Numbered from the stretch's first letter, positions 1 through 10,476 are shown. The stretch: 64,000 nucleotides of DNA from an uncultured Methanoregulaceae archaeon (GCA_963737635.1 CAVTTL010000001.1:768001-832000), one strand, 5' to 3'. Notes: generated from the sequence alone by a model not told the origin. Numbers and translations are program-made.

Positions 1-1329
1 CGGGAAAGAATCGATAAAGACCGGGTTGGCGTTGACGGCTGTGCGGTACTGGGTTGGATCCTCATAATTCACGGTGCTCACGCTGATCCCCAGCTGCGCC
101 CAGTCGTTCTTGAGGACAGCGATGATCTTGTCGTTCACGGCGGCACCTTTGGTACCGAGAGGAATGGTGATGGTGACCGGTTTTCCGTCAGGACCAATAA
201 GAGTCCCATCGGCATTCTTGACAAAACCTGCAGCTGCAAGAAGTTCCTGCGCTTCAGTCAGGTTATAATTGTACATCCCGACATCTGCAGGGTTGACTGC
301 ATCGCCGGCAAGAGCCGGCAACAGGAAGGTGGTCTCCGTGGGCCTGCCGGTGCCAAACAGGGAGCTCGATCTCGTCGCGGTCGACCGCGTGGCTCATCGC
401 ATGCCGGAATGTGGAGATGTTGGCCGGGTACTGGGCCATGTTGAACGCAACTTCACATGCTCCTGTATCGTTGATCGAGTAGACCGAGATATTTGGCTCG
501 CCGGCCAGCTCTGCGCCACTGCGGGGCTGATGCCGGTGACCACATCAATCTCGCCGTTCTTCAAAGCCAGCACCTGGCTGTCGGGATTGGTGATCACCTT
601 GAGGATCACGCCGGAAATGACCGGTACCCTGCCATGATAATTTTCATTGGTTGTTACCTGGTAATAGCCGGGAGCTGCCTGGGTAAAGGTAAACGGGCCG
701 GTCCCGATCATCTGGCTGTCCTGGTAATGCTGGGGGTCGGTGACGTTCTGCCAGATGTGCTCCGGCGAAATGGTAATTCCCGGCGTCCGCGAGATCTGAT
801 CGAGGAAGGCTGAGTACGGGGTCTTGAGGTTGAAAACTGCCGTATAATTATCCGGGCATTCAACAGACTGGACATCTGAGAGAACATAGCTCATAGTGAG
901 ATTGTGAGCTTTCGGATAATCGTTGGTGAACTTAACATCGGCGCAGGTAAAGGGAGCACCGTCACTCCACGTGGCATTCTGTATAAGATGGAATGTCCAG
1001 GTCTTTGCGTCATCTGAAACATTCCAGCTCTGTGCAAGTGCGGGATCAAATGTGCCGTCAATGTCCTTGATGACAAGATCTTCGTAGATGAGCGAGCCGG
1101 AGGGAATGCCCCCCTTCTGCATGTTGCTGGTATAGCTTAGCGCCGAAGGGGAATCGACCGGGATGATGACGTCGGTAGCGGGGACGTTTGTCAGGTTTCC
1201 TGCGCCGGTGGAGGATGAAGAATCATCCACGCACCCGGCTATGAAACAGAATACCAGAATGCCCATGCAACACAGAGCAAAAAATATGCTGATAGAACGA
1301 TTGTGGGGATGTACTGCTGTATAGTTCAT
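1..1329 (-). CDS. ABC transporter substrate-binding lipoprotein, family 5 (peptide/nickel); frameshifted near ~500 and ~390, runs off the window edge
   Basis: Lipobox-like IAGC and SBP_bac_5 motifs (PALAQSWNVSDDAKTWTFHL, WSDGAPFTCADVKFT, GTGPF). A downstream frame reads YNLTEAQELLAAAGF...WAQLGISV to the edge. Confidence 0.85.
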
Positions 1330-1713
1330 AGGATAACCTCAGATATCGGAAATGACGGAATCGTAGTGATCAATCGCATGTGGAGTTATTTAACCATTTT
1401 TCTTTAATTTTTACCAATGTTCAAAGTTATAAATTTACAGATCGACATCTCCGCCTTGCAGGGAATATGGTGGTTAAAATTCAATACGAATAAGTCCAAA
1501 GTTTTCCGAGGACGAAATGTAAAATCGTATATCTCCATTTTGTCCATCCTTTGAATTCGCAAGTGCAGTAGAGGCAAGAGCGGATTGGCAGCCACTACGA
1601 TGCATAATTCACGAGATACTTGATAAATTCAACTTTTTTGATTAACATTACCGAAAATTAAGCACTATTAATAAAAAATATATGGTAGTGCGAACTATCC
1701 TCTATGATCACAT

Positions 1714-2163
1714 ATGGGTTCATCACGTGATGTCATGCAGACTTTTGCTCAAAAGGAGATCCGTGCGCATTTCAAAGAGTGGGATGGCTGGTCGTGCCGT
1801 GAGGTTCCCTCTCCCTATGTACGCGATATGACCTTCGTCCTTTCCCGGGACGTCAGGGGCAGACCGGAGACGGTGGCTCTTGCGGTTTCTTATGATGAAG
1901 AACCATCAACGCTCGCACTTGAGGCGCTGGTGGTATCCCTGAAGGGGAAGACTGTTAAAGGACAGTTCCTGATTGTCCCGAACGCTGCTGTCGTTTCGGG
2001 AATTCCAAAGACCGTTCAGGTTATCTTTATGGAATCATTCGGGTTTGTCGAAGGGAAACTGATCTGGCTCACCAAGAAAAAGAACGCAAAACATTATCCC
2101 CCGCAGGAAGCGCCGGCTGCATCGGAAACTGCTCCCTCAGTTGCTGAACCTCACGCGGCGTGA
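1714..2163 (+). CDS. Hypothetical protein
   Basis: 149-aa ORF with ATG start, an AT-rich upstream promoter region and normal composition. Confidence 0.65.
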   Translation: MGSSRDVMQTFAQKEIRAHFKEWDGWSCREVPSPYVRDMTFVLSRDVRGRPETVALAVSYDEEPSTLALEALVVSLKGKTVKGQFLIVPNAAVVSGIPKTVQVIFMESFGFVEGKLIWLTKKKNAKHYPPQEAPAASETAPSVAEPHAA

Positions 2164-2639
2164 AACAGGAAGCGTCCGGAAAAGGGGGATTCCTGGTAAT
2201 CCGCCTATCCGTCATCTTTTTTTTCCAAACTAAAGTCCATCCTACGAAATTGTTTTTATGTATATTCACTGTCAAACAACCGGTCGTCCTTTTTCCCGGA
2301 ACCATCAGATCGAAACCCGGATTTTTTTTGAATACTCGGGCACTGATCCCGTGGATTTTCCGGAAATTTCAGGATCCGGGCAGGGATCTTTTTTTGATCC
2401 TTTATGATCTGCGCGGGTTGATTTTTTTCTGCGATTCTACTGACGACCCGCAGGGTAACCATTCTTACTTTTCGCGCGGGCATCCCGGCAAAGGAACCGC
2501 CATTGGCGAACATAACATGATGCTGGCAGGGATCTCCCTGACCCAGTCTCTATTGGGAGACGCGGCTCGCTCCTACCTGAAGTACCCGATTACCCTCAAA
2601 AAAATGCAAAGTCAACTCAGTAAAATTAATTCAAACAAA

Positions 2640-2660
2640 TTAACAAATGATCATAGTTAA
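2640..2660. promoter_or_regulatory. Candidate palindromic operator TTAACAA-N7-TAGTTAA overlapping the pilin-array TATA region
   Basis: Same architecture at 9821-9841 and 11804-11824; overlaps TTAAATAA at 2657. Confidence 0.55.
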
Positions 2661-2748
2661 ATAAAGTCTTTTGAAATATCTATGATGGCATGGTGGTTTG
2701 ATCCCAAGAAATTGATCCACCACTGCACACAAACATTTTCAGAGGAAA

Positions 2749-3462
2749 ATGATGCATTATCTGAAGAAGAGGGTATTACGAAAAAACGGCGAAGAGGCCG
2801 TCTCACCGGTTGTTGGGGTGATGCTGATGCTGGTCGTCACCATCATCATCGCGGCCGTGGTATCCGCATTTGCAGGAAGTACTGTAAGCGGGACTCAGAA
2901 AGCCCCATCAGCTTCCATTGATATTCATGTGAAGAACGGGGGATATAGCTCGAATTCATACTTCTCAATGAAGGTTCAGGGAGTCAGCGATCCGATCCCG
3001 ACGAAAAACCTGGAGTTGATCACCTCGTGGGCGAAAACCGATACGAATCAGGCGGATGGTTCACTGTACGGGCAAGCGTTTCAAGGGGGCAACACATCCA
3101 CAGGAGTAGCCGATGCCTATGTTCCGGGTGACCTGACCGGATCCAGTGGACCGTTTTCCGTACCGACAGGATATGGCACCGGTGTCATGAACTGGTCAAA
3201 CGACACCTATCATACCGTCGAAGCCCAGTGGGGAAATTTTGTCCTTACATCCGGAACATCAACCTATGACGCTCCTATCGCATACGGAACATCCGTGCAG
3301 TACCAATACACTTCACCATCAACCGCATCGGATCCCATGGTGGCCATTCTAGGCCCTAACTGGAACATCCTGAGAGCCGGGGATACCGTTGCGGTACGCA
3401 TCGTGGATGCGAAATCTGGTAAAGTTATCGCTGATCAGAATGTCGTCGTGGAGGGTCCGTGA
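2749..3462 (+). CDS. Archaeal type IV pilin 1 (long type A)
   Basis: Class III signal and Pilin_N (DUF1628) N-terminus EEA/VSPVVGVMLMLVVTIIIAAVVSAF. Confidence 0.92.
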   Translation: MMHYLKKRVLRKNGEEAVSPVVGVMLMLVVTIIIAAVVSAFAGSTVSGTQKAPSASIDIHVKNGGYSSNSYFSMKVQGVSDPIPTKNLELITSWAKTDTNQADGSLYGQAFQGGNTSTGVADAYVPGDLTGSSGPFSVPTGYGTGVMNWSNDTYHTVEAQWGNFVLTSGTSTYDAPIAYGTSVQYQYTSPSTASDPMVAILGPNWNILRAGDTVAVRIVDAKSGKVIADQNVVVEGP

Positions 3463-3998
3463 TGCAGAAACAGGAATATGCCGTCTCGCCGGTCGTTGGG
3501 GTGATGCTGATGCTGGTCGTCACCATCATCATTGCGGCCATAGTTTCCGCTTTCGCAGGAGGGGTCGTTAGCGGGACAACCAAACCACCCCAGGCAACCG
3601 TTCAGGCAACGTATAGTCAGTCCACAGGAATGACTATTACCAACAGCGGAGGGGATGCAATCCCTCTGGCATCGACAACGGTCTTGGTAAACCCTACAAA
3701 AGCGTTTGGGTTGAATAACACACGGTTCACGTGGGTAGTAAACAAGTCATATGTCCTCACTGGTTCAGGTCAGACTTGGGCAACTGCCCGGGCATTCCTG
3801 CCGGGCGATACGGCCACGATCACCCAGCAGAACCTGACCTATGTCCAGCAGCGGCCGGATATGGGAGGGGAAAACGATTATACGGACCCGAACATAGGAT
3901 TTGCTAATTCCAACAACCTCGGGCTCACGTTTCAACTCCAGTTCCAAGATTCAAGCGGGAAGACCATAGGGCTGACTACCGTGACGATTGCACGGTAA
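3459..3998 (+). CDS. Archaeal type IV pilin 2 (short type B)
   Basis: EYA/VSPVVGVMLMLVVTIIIAA plus PQAT...GGD motif; overlaps the previous stop by 4 nt. Confidence 0.92.
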   Translation: MMQKQEYAVSPVVGVMLMLVVTIIIAAIVSAFAGGVVSGTTKPPQATVQATYSQSTGMTITNSGGDAIPLASTTVLVNPTKAFGLNNTRFTWVVNKSYVLTGSGQTWATARAFLPGDTATITQQNLTYVQQRPDMGGENDYTDPNIGFANSNNLGLTFQLQFQDSSGKTIGLTTVTIAR

Positions 3999-4008
3999 GG
4001 AGATATAG

Positions 4009-4794
4009 ATGGTCCAGAATTACCGTGCATGCAGAAACGATTGGGGAGTTTCACCGGTAGTCGGGGTGATGCTGATGCTGGTCGCCACCATCATCATCGC
4101 AGCCGTGGTCTCGGGGTTTACCGGCGGGTTGGTCAACTCGAACAACCAGAAGGCCCCGACGCTCCTCATGGATGTGAAAATAATCAATATGGGGAGCTGG
4201 ACGGGAAGCGGCTTCTTTGCCACCGTTACCGGGGTAAGTGAGCCGATTCCGACAAGCAACCTCAAGATCGTAACCTCGTGGACAACGACAAACAAAATCA
4301 CGGGTGCAACCATCACCGGTGGGAACACTACCCTGCCGGGTAACCCGAATATTAATGTCCTCGGCGACCCGACCGTTCCTCTCTCCGGTTTCTATGCTGC
4401 CCCGTTCGGCACCGGGCCGGGCATCAACGGGACGACAACAGTCGGCGGCTTCGATACGAACCTGACTAGTTTCTCAGGACCCAGGCAGCAGTTTGGGAAC
4501 TATTCCCTGATGACAGGAACCACGATGGTTGCTATGCCCTGCGGCGGAGCTTCCGGCTCTATCGGAGGAACGTTTTCAGGGGGTACTGAACCCAGTGCCG
4601 CCGCTGGATACGGGATTGGGGGATTGTTTGCCTACACCAATTTGATTGGCAGTCCCTATCTCGATCCGATAAGTGCGATTCTCGGCCCCTACTGGGAAAA
4701 CCTGCGGACCGGAGATATCGTAACGGTCAAGGTGATCCATATCCCAACCGGGAAGGTCATCTTCCAGAAAGATGTAAAAGTGACGGAAGGATAA
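4009..4794 (+). CDS. Archaeal type IV pilin 3 (type A)
   Basis: DWG/VSPVVGVMLMLVATIIIAA; C-terminal LGPYWENLRTGDIVTVKVIHIPTGKVIF shared with the other type A pilins. Confidence 0.92.
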   Translation: MVQNYRACRNDWGVSPVVGVMLMLVATIIIAAVVSGFTGGLVNSNNQKAPTLLMDVKIINMGSWTGSGFFATVTGVSEPIPTSNLKIVTSWTTTNKITGATITGGNTTLPGNPNINVLGDPTVPLSGFYAAPFGTGPGINGTTTVGGFDTNLTSFSGPRQQFGNYSLMTGTTMVAMPCGGASGSIGGTFSGGTEPSAAAGYGIGGLFAYTNLIGSPYLDPISAILGPYWENLRTGDIVTVKVIHIPTGKVIFQKDVKVTEG

Positions 4795-4797
4795 GCA

Positions 4798-5415
4798 ATG
4801 AAACAATCTAATAATAATGCAGTCTCGCCGGTGATCGGCGTGATGCTGATGCTGGTCGTGACCATCATCATCGCAGCGGTAGTGAGCGCCTTTGCCGGCG
4901 GAACACTGGGGACCCAGACAAAGACTCCCCAGGCAACGATCAGGGGTATATTCAGCCAGTCGGGAGGGATGCAGATCATCGATACCGGCGGAGATACCCT
5001 CTCCACGGCAAACCTCATGTTTACGGTTTCAAACGACCCCAACTTCGGGCAGGGCCTCTCATCAGCAACAACCCAGATATTACCCAAGTCATTCATTACC
5101 GACATCAACGGGAATGCGATTATGAACAATGATGGAACATCGAACGTAACCGCATTTGGGCCGGGGCAGACGCTGTATATCTCGCAAGCCTCCCTTAATT
5201 GCGGTATAATTCAGCCACAGGTTGCGGATGGCCCCAGCCCCACCTTTTATACCTATAAGTCCGGCACAGGGTGGAGTTATAGCGGAACCAAGTATAACCT
5301 GTGGTCACTGTGCTTTATCAATCCTGCCAATGTCGGAAAAACATTCACCCTTACGATGAGCGACAAGAATTCGGGGGCCGTTCTGGCCAAGACTACCGTT
5401 ACTATCGCTCCATAA
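4798..5415 (+). CDS. Archaeal type IV pilin 4 (type B)
   Basis: NNA/VSPVIGVMLMLVVTIIIAA; PQATIRG...TGGD. Confidence 0.92.
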   Translation: MKQSNNNAVSPVIGVMLMLVVTIIIAAVVSAFAGGTLGTQTKTPQATIRGIFSQSGGMQIIDTGGDTLSTANLMFTVSNDPNFGQGLSSATTQILPKSFITDINGNAIMNNDGTSNVTAFGPGQTLYISQASLNCGIIQPQVADGPSPTFYTYKSGTGWSYSGTKYNLWSLCFINPANVGKTFTLTMSDKNSGAVLAKTTVTIAP

Positions 5416-5444
5416 ATTTTTTGGAGGTGTAACGAGGAGGAAAA

Positions 5445-6299
5445 ATGCAGCATCTGAAAAGATTACCGGAAAAAAAGGGCGAAGATGCAGTTTCACCGGT
5501 GGTCGGGGTGATGCTGATGATCGTTATCGTCATAATCATCTCGGCTATTGTGTCGGGTTTTGCCGGAGCATTGGTCTCATCGCAGCAGAAGACCCCAAGC
5601 CTCAGCATGAACGTGAAGATCATCAACATGGGCACCTGGGCCGGAAGCGGTTTCTTTGCCACCGTTACCGGGGTAAGTGAACCGATTCCGACAAGCAAAC
5701 TCAAGATCGTGACATCATGGTCGACGCTCATGTATGGAAGTGGTAATGTTGGACTGCGCCAACTCCCGATAAGCTGCACGACCGCGGTTTTACCTGACGG
5801 TGGAGGCCAGAGTAATATCTTATATCTCGGGAACGCGAGCAATAGTCTCCCTCCCGGCCTCTTTGTTGCGCCGTTTGGTACCGGGCCGGGTGTCAACGGG
5901 ACAGCAGAGACCCTCGGGGGTGTCGATACAAACTTGACGTCATTTTCAGGGGCCGGGCAGCAGTTCGGGAATTATACTCTGGTACAGGGAACTACTCTAA
6001 CGGCTACACCCTGCGGGGCGAATGGTTTTAACGTTATCGGAGGTAGAGGAGGAAACAACGGTAAGGCTGGATATATTGGATCGTCAGTGGGGGAAGATGA
6101 CTGGGCCTACTCAGATGAGATGAGTAGTGGGTGTTATTACAAGACTACATGTGGTTCAAAATATATCGATCCGATCACAGCAGTTCTTGGCTCCAAGTGG
6201 GAAACCCTGAAGTGGGGGGATACGGTAAATGTCAAGGTGATCTACCTCCCGACCGGGGCAGTGATCTTCAACCAGAATGTGCCCGTGACGGAGGGATAA
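5445..6299 (+). CDS. Archaeal type IV pilin 5 (type A)
   Basis: EDA/VSPVVGVMLMIVIVIIISA; conserved type A blocks. Confidence 0.92.
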   Translation: MQHLKRLPEKKGEDAVSPVVGVMLMIVIVIIISAIVSGFAGALVSSQQKTPSLSMNVKIINMGTWAGSGFFATVTGVSEPIPTSKLKIVTSWSTLMYGSGNVGLRQLPISCTTAVLPDGGGQSNILYLGNASNSLPPGLFVAPFGTGPGVNGTAETLGGVDTNLTSFSGAGQQFGNYTLVQGTTLTATPCGANGFNVIGGRGGNNGKAGYIGSSVGEDDWAYSDEMSSGCYYKTTCGSKYIDPITAVLGSKWETLKWGDTVNVKVIYLPTGAVIFNQNVPVTEG

Positions 6300-6302
6300 G
6301 AA

Positions 6303-7139
6303 ATGAAATTATCCAATAACAATGCAGTCTCGCCAGTGATCGGCGTAATGCTGATGCTGATCGTAACTATCATCATCGCAGCCGTGGTTTCGGGATTTGG
6401 CGGGAGTTTGATCGGGACGACCCAGAAGGCCCCTACCCTCACCATGGATGTGAACATAATCAACATGGGCAGCTGGACCGGGAGCGGGTTCTATGCTAAC
6501 GTCAGGACGGTAAGTCAACCAATTCCGACCAGTAACATAAAGATTGTCACATCCTGGACGGCAACGAACGGAGGGAATCCGGTATCTGGTGGAAACACGA
6601 TAGTCCCTAACGTGGTGAATACATTCTATTGGGTTGATCCACAACACTCAAGTTTTGGACAAAAAGCGGAAAGTGATGTATTTGCACCGTTTGGGAACGG
6701 GCCGGGGATTAACGGTAGTACTACGTTTGGGGGTGAGGATACGAACGCGAACATTTTCTCTAAAACTGACCAAATGTTCGGGAATTATACGCTGGTACCA
6801 GGGACTTCCATGAACGCCCCGGCAGCAGGAGCGGCAACCCCAAAAATTATCGGAGGTACATGGCACTGCAGCCCCACGGGCTGCAGCTCCACGCAACAGA
6901 ATGGTGGTGTCGCAGGACAAGGAATCAATGGAGATCCGAGCGGTACGGCTGGTTACGGTGTCTACGGGCTGTATAGTTATACAAGTCAGATGATCGATCC
7001 CGTAACCGCAGTTCTCGGTGCCAACTGGAATCTCCTGAGAGCCGGGGATAAGGTAAACGTCAAGATTATCTATATCCCGACAGGCAGTGTGATCTTCAAC
7101 AAGGATGTAACGGTAACGGAGGGATCCACCTCCACCTAA
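6303..7139 (+). CDS. Archaeal type IV pilin 6 (type A body, pilin-4-like leader)
   Basis: NNA/VSPVIGVMLMLIVTIIIAA; conserved type A blocks. Confidence 0.92.
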   Translation: MKLSNNNAVSPVIGVMLMLIVTIIIAAVVSGFGGSLIGTTQKAPTLTMDVNIINMGSWTGSGFYANVRTVSQPIPTSNIKIVTSWTATNGGNPVSGGNTIVPNVVNTFYWVDPQHSSFGQKAESDVFAPFGNGPGINGSTTFGGEDTNANIFSKTDQMFGNYTLVPGTSMNAPAAGAATPKIIGGTWHCSPTGCSSTQQNGGVAGQGINGDPSGTAGYGVYGLYSYTSQMIDPVTAVLGANWNLLRAGDKVNVKIIYIPTGSVIFNKDVTVTEGSTST

Positions 7140-7345
7140 TCCCCGCCTTTTCCAACGTTTACCGGCCGCGGCAGATCCTATATTTCCGGCCGGTTCATCT
7201 TGACTGCGGAAAGGAAGGGGAATGCGTACGGCGGAGAGATCCCTGCTATTTTTGCCCAAATCCGGATCATTCTATCATCCCCGGGAGCCGCACGCGTATA
7301 CCGGTTGTACTGAAGGCAATTGCACATCGTTGAAGGAAGATTTCT

Positions 7346-9210
7346 TTGTTTGAAAGAAATGGCCGGCTGGTAAAATACTGGTCCGAGATTACCCTTGCGG
7401 GGATCGTTGCTCTTGCTGCGTTTCTCAATCTCTGGAACCTCTGGAACCAGAGTTTCTCGGTTCCCTATTATGCCGCAGCTGTCCGGAGTATGCTCTCCAA
7501 TCCCGGGATTGCATTCTTCAACTCCTTTGACTCCGTTGGTTTTGTGACGGTGGATAAACCCCCTCTGGGGATATGGGCCCAGGCTGCAAGTGCCGCAATG
7601 TTCGGGTTTAACAGCTGGTCGGTGACGCTTCCCCAGGCCCTTGCCAGCGTATGCTCGGTTATTCTGATCTACTTCATCGTCAGGCGACCGTTCGGGAAGG
7701 CCGCAGGCCTCATTGCAGCATTCGTTCTGGCTACCACGCCCATCTTCGTCAACACGGCACGGGATGGCACCATGGACACCCAGATGATTTTTGTCATTCT
7801 TCTTGCCCTCTGGGTGGCCCTCAAAGCGGCACGCAAGCAGTCCCTGTGGATGCTCCTTCTTTCTTTTGCGCTCGTCGGGATCGGATTTAACATAAAGATG
7901 ATCCAGGCGTATGTGGTGCTGCCGGCCCTTATCGTCATCTATCTTTTCGGAACGAACTTCCCCACCCATCAGAAGATGATTCACCTTGCCCTCGCTCTCC
8001 TCGTGCTTGCCGCTGTTTCGCTCTCGTGGGCATTAGCGGTTGATGCCATACCCGCTGATCAGCGCCCCTATATTGGCACGAGCGGGGACAATTCCGTCAT
8101 CGGGTTGATCCTGGGCCACAACAGTGAAGAGGCATTTCTGCTCAAAAACACTGTCGATTCCTCTGGTGGCCCGGGTCTGTTCCTGCTCTTCACACATGCT
8201 GACGTAAGCCTCCAGATCAGACTGGCTGTTGCCGCTGGCCCTCATTGGCCTTTTGGCATGGTGGCGCCGGCCAGAAGCCCTCTCTTTTATGGGTCTCCGG
8301 AAGCTCGGTCTCTTCTCGGAAAAAGGTCTCACCTTTTTGGCGTTCTGTCTGTGGCTGATGCCGGGGCTGATCTATTTCAGTTTCACCTTAGGGTACTGGG
8401 AGAACTACTATTTTGCAACCATTGCGCCACCGCTTGCGGGACTTGTCGGGATTGGTGTAGTATCGATGTACCATGAGTATACGAGCGAGCGGAACACGTG
8501 CTGGGTGCTGGTAGCCTGCAGTTGTTGTGACCGGCCTTATGCAGGCCTGGTTTCTTTCTACTTTTGTATATTTTCTGTGTAGCTTTGTATGCTACAACCC
8601 CATGGGGTACGGTTCCCTTTTTGTCTTCGAGCTGGCAGGGAGTATGGGATGTGCCGCCCTTCTCATCTGGCTGCGGGTAAAAAACCTGCAGGGTACCAAC
8701 CGGTACGCGTTTCCAGTGGCCTGCGTGGCAGTGGCTGCTCTCTTTCTTGCTCCCGTAGCATGGTCATGCCTCCCGTTTGAAACAGGTTCTTCAGCAGATA
8801 TTCCAGGAGGATACAACGCCACTTCATTAACCGCTCCCTTCGCCGGTTTCCTGCTCTCCCATGCGGGAAATACCACCTTCCTTGTTGCGGTTTCTGACAG
8901 TAACATAGCAAGCCCTCTGATTATCGCAACCGGAAAGCCAGTCATGGCTCTGGGGGGCTTTTTTGGGACGGATCAGATCCTTTCAGCAGGGCAAATGCCC
9001 GGCCTAATCCATAACGGAACCGTGCGGTACATTCTTGTCTTTTCCGAAAACCAGTCCGGGGATTACCGGGGAGTCGGGTACGGCGAGAACAATGCGATCT
9101 ATACCTGGGTGGAAGGACATTGTGCGGCAGTCCCTGAACAAGAATGGATTAAAAGCAATGTTTACTTCTGGCGTCAATATGGACTGTACGATTGCGCGGG
9201 AGTCCCGTGA
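7346..9210 (+). CDS. ArnT/PMT-like (GT-C fold) membrane glycosyltransferase, split by frameshifts near ~8220 and ~8520
   Basis: YYAAAVRSM, VDKPPLGIW, GFNIKM, RPYIG and C-terminal PVMALGGFFGTD motifs; three overlapping ORFs join colinearly. Confidence 0.85.
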
Positions 9211-9299
9211 GGATTCGTAAGGCTTTACGGTAACAATACGTGGGTCCCGGTAGCTGATTGTTGCGCTTAATAGTGACGGATCACCAAAAATCCGACAAA

Positions 9300-9761
9300 T
9301 TTGACAAATCTTCCAGCCCGTCCATACCGATAAACAAGGACCAGACTGTACCGTTGCGACAGGGGATCCCCCGAATACCAATTGTTTCCTTCAGTGACCG
9401 CCGATATAGGTCTCACCCACTTCAACGGTTCCGGAGAAAATCTCCAGAATGTCTTTTGTCATCACCATTCGAAGCTTGGTTAATGCTCTGAGAACATGTC
9501 GCTGCTCGAATCCTGTCTGTTCGACGATTGAATTCGAGCTTTGTTCTAGGAGAAATAGGTGGATGATCTCCTTCCATTCATCTCGTGAAAATGTTAATGG
9601 TAATTTGTGTGGGGTGAATTCATACCGGCATCGCGTACAACGTCTTTTCCATTCTGCAGTTTGTGTAATTTTTTTGAATTGCATCCTGGATATGCAATTT
9701 TTGCCATTTCTAACTCCGTAAATCTTTCTTTGATCTAGGGGTTAAAATAGCATATTACCCT
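9300..9761 (-). mobile_element. Degenerate IS1595-family transposase remnant
   Basis: From ATG at 9707: Zn-ribbon (PGCNSKKL...RRCTRCRYEF), an HTH region, then VEVGETYIGG (canonical EVDETY) and a stop. A KQLVFG..CRNGTVW remnant follows. Putative left end GGGTAATATGCTATTTTAACCCCT at 9737-9760. Confidence 0.75.
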
Positions 9762-9820
9762 GAATATAATTCAAGAATCATTCCAAAAGTGTTAACTACT
9801 AGAATGTCGATAAGAAACAA

Positions 9821-9841
9821 TTAACAAAATACAATTGTTAA
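9821..9841. promoter_or_regulatory. Perfect inverted repeat TTAACAA-N7-TTGTTAA, candidate operator
   Basis: Seen directly, ~30 bp upstream of the ATG at 9869. Confidence 0.6.
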
Positions 9842-9868
9842 CTAATTGTTAAATATGGAGATTGACGC

Positions 9869-10333
9869 ATGAGAAAAAGTACTGCGATTATTCTGGCCTT
9901 TCTGGCTTGTATCCTCGTTATGGCAGCAGGCTGTGCAGGCATGTCCAGTACCGCCACCCCGACTGCCATGGCAACAGCGGTAACACCCGCTGCTGCTATA
10001 TCAGACCTCTGGTCCGGGACCTGGAATACCGCGGGGAGTACAACGATTGCCTACCAGACATCGGGAGTTCTCACCCTTACCCAGACCGGCTCATCGGTGA
10101 CCGGGACCTATAGCAACAACGACCAGGGCAACGGTACACTAAGCGGCACCGTTACCGGAAACCAACTTGCCGGCACATGGACCACGAATTACCCTCTCAA
10201 CGCCGATTCCGGGTCGTTTGTATTTGTGCTGTCCGATAACAAAAACTCGTTCACCGGCCGGTGGGTTTCCGTCTCCGATACGGCACATACCCTCAATACT
10301 ACTCCGGAAGTCTGGGATGGGAAGAGGGGGTGA
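9869..10333 (+). CDS. Small beta-rich lipoprotein, paralog 1
   Basis: Lipobox AAGC; WSGTWNT...LTLTQTGSSVTGTY...FTGRW. Confidence 0.8.
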   Translation: MRKSTAIILAFLACILVMAAGCAGMSSTATPTAMATAVTPAAAISDLWSGTWNTAGSTTIAYQTSGVLTLTQTGSSVTGTYSNNDQGNGTLSGTVTGNQLAGTWTTNYPLNADSGSFVFVLSDNKNSFTGRWVSVSDTAHTLNTTPEVWDGKRG

Positions 10334-10350
10334 TCATGACCGCGAACGAA

Positions 10351-10472
10351 AAGAACTGAATACGGCGGGGTGTTTTTCCGCATGAGAAACGATGAGGAGA
10401 GCATCTCGGACAAGAACGGAAAGGATTGAATACGGCGGGGTTTTTCCCTGTCGTTAGAAAAGGTGAGGAGAT
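10351..10472 (+). repeat. Imperfect ~70-bp tandem duplication of intergenic/RBS region
   Basis: TGAATACGGCGGGGT at 10357 and 10427, each followed by TTTTCC...AGAAA.G.TGAGGAGA. Confidence 0.75.
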
Positions 10473-10476
10473 CACT

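Noticed and set aside
2160-2660. 166-aa ORF upstream of the pilin array
   Set aside because: Low-complexity Phe-rich translation of T-runs that overlaps promoter elements; likely non-coding.
2749-7139. Diversity-generating retroelement or invertase shufflon acting on the pilins
   Set aside because: No reverse transcriptase or recombinase in the window; differences are not adenine-specific; all copies are full-length and co-oriented.
10351-10472. Mini CRISPR array
   Set aside because: Only two imperfect units, the intervening sequence is also homologous, and no cas genes are present.
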